Shown: positions 9,701 through 17,600 of the stretch, piece by piece
How the letters are laid out: every line of letters begins with the position of its first letter
How positions within the stretch are numbered: position 1 is the first letter of the stretch
IMG/VR virus record: IMGVR_UViG_3300031977_002889
Length of the DNA: 64,000 nt
Source of the DNA: a virus
Direction: 5' to 3' (one strand)
The notes under the pieces: generated by a model
Told to the model about the DNA's origin: nothing
Seen by the model: only the letters and a program-made list of their open reading frames with translations
Databases searched by the model: none
Program-made: the position numbers and the translations under genes

Positions 9701-11991
9701 TTTGATTGATGAATATTTCTACCCCAACCATGTACCCATTGATCGCCTTTAGGAGCAAGTTCTCCTTTTGAATAACCAGATAATACAAGTTTATTATTAA
9801 TTTTATCTTCAATAATACCAGTAAGGAAGTTATCACCAGTTCCACCCCAAGTATAGCTTACTGAATTATTTTCGTTATCAACAATAGTAAGTAATAAATC
9901 ACCAGTATTTTCTGCACCAGTAGTTTGAGGATGTCCTTCAAGTCTACCAACAAGAGCTTTACGACCATCTTCAAGATAGATTCCTTGGAAATAATATTCT
10001 TCTGAATTGCCAGTATTAATTTCTTTTAGATTATAGAAGGTAGGAGAAGCTGTTTTCCATTGGAATATTGATGTTCCATTTGCAATTCCTTCTGGTTCTG
10101 TACCAGTATTATATTCAATAACTCCATCTGAATGAGTATAGCGTAAATAACCACCCTGAAGAGGTGATCTTGTTGTAAATGTTCCGGTAGTTGTATCATA
10201 TGACATGTGATCGTAACCATCAAATGCACCACCAGCCAAGTCAAAACTATAAAGACCTTTACCCGAATAATTACCTGCTGCTCCATCTACACCAGAAAGA
10301 AGAGTAAAGAATTTAGTAGTTGCAGCGTTATATTTAAATCCATGTAATCTTAAAAATTGATCTGAATCATTTGTTACAATATTACCTTCAAGAGTTAAAT
10401 CACCAACTGAATCGATTTGATTTGGCGCACTAAACATTTGCACACCACCTTGTAATCCACTTGATGCTGCAACGTAAATATTACTGCCAACACTTGTAAT
10501 ATAACAATCCGGTTTATGATCTAAACCATGAAATTGAAATGGCATATCAATTTGATTTAATGTACCTGGAGAAATTGTATTAGCATCTGTCAATTGCCAG
10601 ATTTTTTGATCAAATGTGCCATCTCTTTCAGTAATAACTATTTGACCATACATATTATTATGAAGTGAACAAATATAATATACTGTCTCTGCAGTTTGAG
10701 GAGTAAATGTAAGAGTAGAACTACCCGTTCCTCCGCCTGAAGCACCTGCCACATTATGACTAGTTGGTGTTGGATTAATGCTAGTAGTATCACGTATATA
10801 CATTGGGTGAGCAAGATATTGAGAGTTCTCAATTGTTAATGTATCACCGACTTTGATGTATATTGTTGGTTGGTTTCTTTCAGCATGAGCACCTTGTCTA
10901 TCATTTCCAGTTATCGCATAAACAACACCACCGCCGACGATATCTGTAACTTCATAATTGTAAGGACGAGCTTCAGCCTTCATTATAACAGGCATATATA
11001 TTTTAGAACCAAATGCATGACCTGCACTTATTCTTAATGCATAAGAACTTTGAGTGCCTTCAGCGTTTTCATTGCCTCCTGGATATGGATTGAAATCAGG
11101 ATCAGCTATGTCAAATGTACCATAATTTACTTCATTTGTAAAAGATCCAGAAGTGGAAGTGTATGTTCTCGAAAATACATTCCAACCATTGGCTCCAGCA
11201 TCGCTTAAATAAAATGCATGGAATCTATTAGAACCACCCTTTAAAATACCACCAGGCATATAGTTAATACCAGCGGTATTAGGTAAAGTCACGTCATTGT
11301 GAGAGTTGTGAGCACCACCAACAGAAGGAGTGTGAATACGAGCAAGAGGAACTGAATATGCACTTTGACCTTGTTTTGCAAGGATATTAATTAAGTAACC
11401 AAATTGTTTATCGGCTGGTCTAATATAACCGTCTGAAGCAAATACGATTCGTCCATCATCATATTTTGAATAGTTTGAAGGAAGGTGTTTGTGGTATTGA
11501 TAAAATTCCCAATTACCACCAGCATTTGCTTGATAAAGTCTATCCCAGTAAAACGCATCATCTTCTAATGAACCACCAGACGGAGTAGTTGCTCCAGTAT
11601 TATCATCACCAAAGGTACCAATATGCGCAAACATAAAGGCATCATTTTCAGTTTGGTTTGTAATATCGTTTAAACCAGGACCAATGTCTTGTATACATCC
11701 ACCATGGTATCTTAAAACACCAGGCGCATGTGAATCATCAATAAATGTAATTGTACCGTCTAATTCAACACGATTTGCATTAGTACTTAATTGACTCGCA
11801 GAACCAATTGATAATACTGTATCCCATTCATATACTTGAATAGAGTTTCCAGTAAGTACATTATTAGAATCCAAATCAGATGGATGATATGTATACCAAT
11901 ATCCTGCATCAGAAATATGGTGCATAACTGGTAAACCCAGAAAATCTGAATCTACTAATGCGACTTCTCTTGTTAAATTAGCAATTGCCAT
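6703..11991 (-). CDS. 1762-aa virion structural protein, probable beta-propellers with inserted cupredoxin-like domains
   Basis: Propeller-like repeats (WGGTGDNF, GSETSEEI, GSGSADFS); YYICSLHNNMYG and YYYQCGLHTAMQG motifs. Confidence 0.7.
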   Translation of the reverse strand: MAIANLTREVALVDSDFLGLPVMHHISDAGYWYTYHPSDLDSNNVLTGNSIQVYEWDTVLSIGSASQLSTNANRVELDGTITFIDDSHAPGVLRYHGGCIQDIGPGLNDITNQTENDAFMFAHIGTFGDDNTGATTPSGGSLEDDAFYWDRLYQANAGGNWEFYQYHKHLPSNYSKYDDGRIVFASDGYIRPADKQFGYLINILAKQGQSAYSVPLARIHTPSVGGAHNSHNDVTLPNTAGINYMPGGILKGGSNRFHAFYLSDAGANGWNVFSRTYTSTSGSFTNEVNYGTFDIADPDFNPYPGGNENAEGTQSSYALRISAGHAFGSKIYMPVIMKAEARPYNYEVTDIVGGGVVYAITGNDRQGAHAERNQPTIYIKVGDTLTIENSQYLAHPMYIRDTTSINPTPTSHNVAGASGGGTGSSTLTFTPQTAETVYYICSLHNNMYGQIVITERDGTFDQKIWQLTDANTISPGTLNQIDMPFQFHGLDHKPDCYITSVGSNIYVAASSGLQGGVQMFSAPNQIDSVGDLTLEGNIVTNDSDQFLRLHGFKYNAATTKFFTLLSGVDGAAGNYSGKGLYSFDLAGGAFDGYDHMSYDTTTGTFTTRSPLQGGYLRYTHSDGVIEYNTGTEPEGIANGTSIFQWKTASPTFYNLKEINTGNSEEYYFQGIYLEDGRKALVGRLEGHPQTTGAENTGDLLLTIVDNENNSVSYTWGGTGDNFLTGIIEDKINNKLVLSGYSKGELAPKGDQWVHGWGRNIHQSNDSADMYLYDVQRDSISGNFYTVGNDTINGRAILQAWDKNYNYKENYYYSVGPDSTNINSIDIRNGYAYTSGWTKNQTGKRSGFINKINLATHTVEFTKGLFQGTNVHKITDHCIVTRQGQEYVVGFIENNSFTGDSDTLTSGLIFLMDPNGNVTVSKSTEAIANSGTYDTSLHIKRIKPGKEDTGDFFFVGSETRGNYRAPMWGYGNVFTSDLIHWNTNLVNEDATAAAISDNTLTNYNNEENVFNDIDVLKYYSDSQKYDIIVVGQIEDLNLTPGDSNGTNGYGFALAEKWQIYTETTGSGAAVHNTTKYWSKTYQSQYGNVNRFLSVVVEDSDKRDWWKNEDQFFHNGQVRFIVGGEGWDLDSNAAHPDYTSDILMRRDTFFAAINDSDGSVEWANSLGHMGNDDINKSMVWDAHGRNFVAVGSSTSHSVGEDGILFRLWKDGFGTGVYHTEASTSNAYYYDSIYLSPTVYSGPTYDSNTFPNTSLSTLQNTASLGSSLLDNTNGTVHVEYNGSYGANGLFTGFLGIVDQGDLQSFKNTDQYIAEAQAGKIVHRVPDDFFEIHQVSTVGDATADDGNVFAYDVIKSRDQEYYYLGGQVSGNIARTNDGQSGVYDYTLFQWDIASEQFRFWQNGTAQDEEIYAITELTGTALLVTNPEAAGQGRQDGTVEWTPSTAGTYYYQCGLHTAMQGQLIVTDVHASPQTFNITVTNNASLAFRFSGSDRNGTINSTADNPTITIDTGDTVRFNIQAPGHPFYIQTAAGTGGSKNGHIAFCGRTTGQLGTDIGSPDSDTPLFGGYDLFLGIFDPNAWVAEYYNQGSGFNDKAMNVHDLHPKIPNTLALVYTSFGSVNGSPTFGSEDIGVITFNYDTDSWSQGFQVGSETSEEIDQNGKPSTLLSDGRIAVVCNTAGTFADNSITYGLKDMGLAIFDFDSDGFGNYAGWSKYQIGSGSADFSYSIDNNGTSFLITGFSEATWDKAVSGVFVEFDPERNILAKSA

Positions 11992-11994
11992 AAA

Positions 11995-12363
11995 TTATGT
12001 TCCTGAAATTGGTATTCCTGGTCTAAATACGATATCTGTAGTATTTAAAGCAAATCCAATGAGCAATGCTCGAGTTGCGGTTGTAGGTGTTGGAGGTGTA
12101 GAAATTAGATCACCAGTTGTTCCTAAATAATATGGAGAACCAGGTGTTAAACCTGAAAATCCTGAAACAACTCCACTTGCATAATATTCACCACCAATTT
12201 TAATTAAGATAGCTAAAAGTTGTGATGAAGTATCGGTATTTGCCGCGTTAATTGCTGTATTTGAACCAGATATTCTAACTACTTTACCATTGTCACCGCC
12301 AGTAATATTAGGAACGGTAACGGCATTAGAAGATAGTGTACTGGTCGATTTAATAAATGCCAT
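11995..12363 (-). CDS. Small virion protein (cement/decoration-like fold)
   Basis: SGFSGLTPGSPYYLGTTGDL..TPP...IGFAL; resembles an internal domain of 14655..20183 (YAPGTKLFVS..AGKFTSTAP..EIG). Confidence 0.55.
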   Translation of the reverse strand: MAFIKSTSTLSSNAVTVPNITGGDNGKVVRISGSNTAINAANTDTSSQLLAILIKIGGEYYASGVVSGFSGLTPGSPYYLGTTGDLISTPPTPTTATRALLIGFALNTTDIVFRPGIPISGT

Positions 12364-12366
12364 TTA

Positions 12367-13335
12367 TTATACTCCCTCTCTGACGAGTTCTAAATATGAT
12401 GTATTTAATATAGCACCAGTGTTATCGCTATTTGAAATCATTAATTCGACAAAATCATCTTCTAAAAAATAAAATATTTCATCTAGTTCAATAAAATCAT
12501 TAGCACTCATATTAATAGTTGTTAAATTTGTAGTTGTAACTCCACGAGTTCTTCTTAAGGATATTGTATAAGAATCTTCTGATCCAGCAGAAGAAGTACT
12601 AACAAAAGATCTAACTTTATAATATCCTGATGCTCTAATTGTAAGTCTTTCTGGTTCTGTATTATACCAATACAAATCGCCTAAAACATTCGCATTCGTA
12701 TTAAAATCAACATTATTCCAAGTTGTTGCAAGAGGACTACTTGTAGTATTAGATGAAGCATTTAAAATTGCTCTTACTCCACTAAAAGCAACATGGTTAC
12801 TTACACCTGTACCTGGTGTAAAACCAAGACGATATAATTGGAATTCAGAATTTGCATTAATTGTTCCTGTTCCTGTACTTTCTTTACCATAAACTTCTAA
12901 ATAATCCCCGGAATTTAATTCTATAGTTTGATCATAACTAGTATTTTGATTAGGACCTAAAGTAGTTGTATCAATAGCTATTCCATTTTTTCTTAATTCA
13001 AATGTATAAGAAGCTCCAGCACCAGTTGATCCAGTAAAATATGATACGGTTATTCTATAAAATCCAGTAGTAGGAGCAGTTAATCTACCTTGATTAGCAT
13101 TTATATAATAATTATCGATATCAAATTCTAAATCTTGAAATTGAATTAAAGAAAAATCTTGAGTTAAAGTATATACGTTTTGATTATATAATTTAGCTCC
13201 GCTAAAATTCTTACGTGTAGTAGATGTAATTACATTCCAGTATGGACCATCGCTATCATATTGCCATATTGCCTGATTAGGATCGGTGTAAAGATCTAAA
13301 TGATTTGGTAAATTTGGAAAAATTAGTGTTGCCAT
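12367..13335 (-). CDS. Virion protein with tandem C1q/TNF-like domains
   Basis: Two copies of FSG...F...(G)RLT(A/I)...GxY...(L/F)xxxDx(L/V)E(V/L); N-terminus shared with 5146..6699. Confidence 0.65.
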   Translation of the reverse strand: MATLIFPNLPNHLDLYTDPNQAIWQYDSDGPYWNVITSTTRKNFSGAKLYNQNVYTLTQDFSLIQFQDLEFDIDNYYINANQGRLTAPTTGFYRITVSYFTGSTGAGASYTFELRKNGIAIDTTTLGPNQNTSYDQTIELNSGDYLEVYGKESTGTGTINANSEFQLYRLGFTPGTGVSNHVAFSGVRAILNASSNTTSSPLATTWNNVDFNTNANVLGDLYWYNTEPERLTIRASGYYKVRSFVSTSSAGSEDSYTISLRRTRGVTTTNLTTINMSANDFIELDEIFYFLEDDFVELMISNSDNTGAILNTSYLELVREGV

Positions 13336-13338
13336 GTC

Positions 13339-14586
13339 TTAATACTCATCAAATAGAAGATTAACTTGAAGTTCATTTATAATTCCCACTGGACTTGAAA
13401 TTTCAACCCAAACATAATTGTTAGCTGGAATAGTTGAAGAAGAAACTGTTAAAGTATCACCTGAGGTACTACTCGTAATAGTTCCAGTAGATGCTACTGT
13501 TCCAGTTCCAGATCTACTTGGAGCATAAACGACAGATATATTAACTGATGTACCACCTCGAATAACTCCTCGAACTTCAGTTAATTCAAAAGATCTATCG
13601 GCATAAAATAATGTCTGTTCATCACCTGAACCTGGGCTTAAAAACACTAATGATCTTGGAGAAATAGTTCCACGAGATCCTGTATAACCAGCAGATCCAG
13701 AATATCCTTGACCACCATCACTAATAGTGGGATCTGCAAATAATACCCAATGACCATAACCAGAAACGATAAAATACATATATGATTTGCCAGTTTTAGT
13801 GTCATACCAAATTTGACCACCAGCTGGATTTGCAGGAGCATTTTCAGAATATCCAATTGCTCCAGCTGATCCCGTATATCCACGTCCTTGTGGAGATGCA
13901 TCAACCCATTGTCTACTTGCGGATCCATCTTGTGGAAGTACATTAATAGTACCAACCATAGGAGCATGAACACCACAAATATAATAGTAGGTTCCAGCTG
14001 AATTGAATTGATACGAAGTCGTACTTGTACCACCACCATAAGTAGATGGAGGATTTTCTACGTTGTATGATGAGTTATAATCATTCGTAATGGGATCAAG
14101 TTGAGTTACAAAGAAAAGTGGGTGATTATTAAATTCGCCATTAGTTATAGTAACTGTATCACCAGCAACAATATTAATAGTTGGATTTAAAGATGCTGGA
14201 TCACCATTAGTATAATTTTTCATTCCATTACGATCAGACCAACCGGTATTGAATGAAAATACACTATTAGTTGTATATGTGCTATTTACAGTCATTGAAA
14301 CTGTAATATTACCAGCTGCGGCTGGATCTCCATCATCATAATAAACTTTTAAGCGACCATTTACTGCATCCCACCAAAGATTACCATCTCTTAAGGAATT
14401 ACCAGATGGAGCAACTGAATCTGTCTCTGCACCACCACCTGAAATATTAGCAATAGTATTACTTGTATTTTTATAATACAAAACACCATCAGCGTAGTTT
14501 AACGCCAATTCGCCGTAATCTAGATCAGCTGGTAATGGTTCCTTCCCCGTGACCGAGGAACGTTTAAGTTTAATCTCTGTTGCCAT
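13339..14586 (-). CDS. Tail fibre/adaptor protein with Mtd_N-like N-terminus and a cupredoxin-like insertion
   Basis: IKLKRSS..GKEP..L.YGELALNYADGVLYYK; GNLWWD/GQIWYD modules; YYICGVHAPMVG. Confidence 0.7.
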   Translation of the reverse strand: MATEIKLKRSSVTGKEPLPADLDYGELALNYADGVLYYKNTSNTIANISGGGAETDSVAPSGNSLRDGNLWWDAVNGRLKVYYDDGDPAAAGNITVSMTVNSTYTTNSVFSFNTGWSDRNGMKNYTNGDPASLNPTINIVAGDTVTITNGEFNNHPLFFVTQLDPITNDYNSSYNVENPPSTYGGGTSTTSYQFNSAGTYYYICGVHAPMVGTINVLPQDGSASRQWVDASPQGRGYTGSAGAIGYSENAPANPAGGQIWYDTKTGKSYMYFIVSGYGHWVLFADPTISDGGQGYSGSAGYTGSRGTISPRSLVFLSPGSGDEQTLFYADRSFELTEVRGVIRGGTSVNISVVYAPSRSGTGTVASTGTITSSTSGDTLTVSSSTIPANNYVWVEISSPVGIINELQVNLLFDEY

Positions 14587-14642
14587 CTCGTAATCCTAAT
14601 AAGGTAAGCTTTAATGAGTAAAAACTCAGCTCCACTTTCTTC

Positions 14643-14650
14643 TATTTATA
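14643..14650 (-). promoter_or_regulatory. T4-type late promoter TATAAATA
   Basis: Exact match, intergenic, upstream of 14586. Confidence 0.75.
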
Positions 14651-14654
14651 CAAG

Positions 14655-17600
14655 TTAATATGTTCCGCCATCAATTATAGCCTCAATATTTCCATCAACT
14701 TTAATACCACTTGATGTTCCAAGTATTCTTGCACCAGCACCGCTATTTGTAATTGCAAGATTACCCATATATGGGTGGTTCAAACATTGATATCCAAATG
14801 AACGAGGTCCATCATCTTTTACTTTAATTTGTGCATATGAATTTCCAACATCAATATTACCAGCAGTGCCAACATATTTAATATCTGCTGCACTATCAGA
14901 AAGTAATCCAGATTTTTGATTATCCCAATAGAATCGAATATCGTGTGTTGACATTGAAGAATCATTATGATGGAATCTATATGTTACACCTGGAAGTAAA
15001 TCAAGGAGCGGAGCTTGAATTTCTTTATCAGTATAAAGATGATCTGAATCATATGCGATGTAATAACCTTTTGCAGATCCTTGTTTCCAATATCTATGTT
15101 GACCAGTTTTAAATCCAGTTCTTACATAAATGTTAATTAATCCTTGATTATTTGAGTCTTGAGTAATACCAGCAGTGAGGTTTTGAGAATCTCTATTTTC
15201 ATATGTTCTTTGAACTATATTATTCTCAATTCTATAATCACCGTTAGAATCATCAGTGACACTAATTAGATTTGTCTGTAATGAATCTGAAGTAAGACCA
15301 CTTTCTACAACAACCGAGCCACTTAATCTTGAAATAGTAGCAGAATCAGCTAAGATTTCTCCAAGAGAACCTTGGAATCCATTTCCACCTCTTATTTCAA
15401 CCCCAGTACTAGTTGTTAATAATCTCTTTTTATCATTATGCCATAGATTTACAATAGAAACCTCAGAAGTACCACCGGCAGTTATTACTCGCTCTAAGGC
15501 ATCAGTAGTTTGAGCATATACGGCAAAATCCTGTCCATTGTCATTAAGAGTAATTCTAAATCCACCTTGATCATTTTCAAGATTAAAATTATTTCCATCA
15601 TGATAGAAATATGCGTTGCTATCGGCACCAAAATAAACTTTTTGGTTATCGCCCCAACCATTAATAATAGCTGGATATGATCCACCGTCTGCGGTACTAA
15701 TGGTAGCAGTTGAAGTAGCAGAATCCCATGCAAATGCTGTTACACCAGCAACCGAAGTTGTTCCAATACTATCTACAAAACCAGATGAATCTAGTGTAAT
15801 TATTGGAACTTCTGAAGCTGAACCCCATATTCCATTATAACTTGTAGCACCTGATCTTGTAATTGTAGTAAAGTTTGCTGTACTACCAGATATATTTGTG
15901 ATAACAGCCGAATCAGCAGTAAGCGTATCAATATCAACTAATGTTAAGTTAATATTATCTGCGTATAGACTATCGATATGTGCTTGACTTACATTTAATT
16001 GGCCGATATAAGCAGAATCAATATTTGCATTTGCTGATGTAAAGGTATCAATATCACCAGTTGTGACATTTAATTGCCCAACATAAGCAGAATCAAGTGA
16101 AGCATTAGCCGATGTAAGGGTATCAATATCACCAGTTGCAACATTAAGTTGACCAATATATGCGCTATCTAATACAGCATCAGCTGAAGTCAATGTGTCT
16201 ATATCAGCAGTTGTTACGTTCAATTGATCTACATAAAGTGAATCAGCATCAGCTTGACTTACGTTTAATTGTCCGATATAAGCAGAATCGAGTATAGCAT
16301 TTGCCGATGTTAATGTGTCAATATCTCCTGTTGGTACATTTAATTGAGTAATAAATGCAGAGTCAGAAGTAAATTGACTAATATCACCAGTAGCAACATT
16401 TAAATTATTTGTAGCAATCGAATCGAGAATATCACTATCAACACGCGATTTTAAATAGTATTGATTAGTTGAACCTTCAAGTAATTGATCTGTAGTATGA
16501 TTTGAAATATCAGTTACTGTACCAGTGACATTACCTGTAAGATCAGCATTTACTGTATCTGCGTATAATGTTCCAACTTGAAGCGGAGCATATTCTAATG
16601 AAGGATCAGCGAAATTAATATTTGCTTGTGGATCTGGTAAATATTGTTGGAAAAGTTTCCATCTGAAATCCGATGGATCTCTTATGAATCCAGAATAAGC
16701 ATGCGAATCTGCTGGTGGATTATAGTTACCAACAATACCAATTTGAACATCGATTGGTGAAGCTTCACCTGACCAACTATCTCCAAGATCGTGACCAGTT
16801 TCTGCTGTAAATGCAATTTTAATTCCATTTGCAAGATTTGCAACCAAATCTCCTGATGAAAGTACAAAGCTTGTTGAACCTAATGCTGAATCAAATGGTT
16901 CTAATGATCCATATTGACTATCATAAGACCATTCAATCTTATCACCTTCTCCACCAGATCCTACGCTATCAATGCGAACGTGGAATTCGACAACACCGTC
17001 ACCAGTATAGTGTCCTGTAAGTGATGCATCATTAGTTCCAGTTCCACCAAAATTGGTAGCGGCAAGGCCAATAGTATCACCTGCACCCATTTCAATAACG
17101 GTGTCAGATACCGCTAAACTTTGAACCGAAGTTTGAACTTGAGAACCAATAACTGTAAGGTTACCACCGATTGTAAAGTTAGCATCAACTCTACCAGAAC
17201 CTGTTACACGAATTTGTTCGAAGAATTCTCTAAATGGTTTAATTTGAATACAACCACCAACTGCTGGTCCACCTTGAGAATCTTGTACAAGAACTGTACC
17301 AATTTCATATGCAAAGTTAGGATATTCAGGAGCAGTAGAAGTAAATTTACCAGCGCTATCAGCCGATACAAATAATTTTGTACCAGGAGCATAAGCTGAA
17401 GTATCTAATCTTCCAAGTAAACCACGCTGTAATACAAGACCAAAAGTGTTATTATTAATACTATCTTTTAGAACACCAATTGTTTCATCAATAGTATTGA
17501 TATCATTTGCTTGTGCTTTTTCAATTGTTGGGAAATCATTTGTTGCACCAGTTACATAAACTGGTGTTCCTTTTGGAATCATAGCACCAGAGTTATTATA

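Noticed and set aside
13339-14586. Diversity-generating retroelement suggested by the Mtd_N-like domain
   Set aside because: No reverse transcriptase and no TR/VR pair with adenine-specific mismatches in the window; the 63-nt radical SAM repeat is fully identical.
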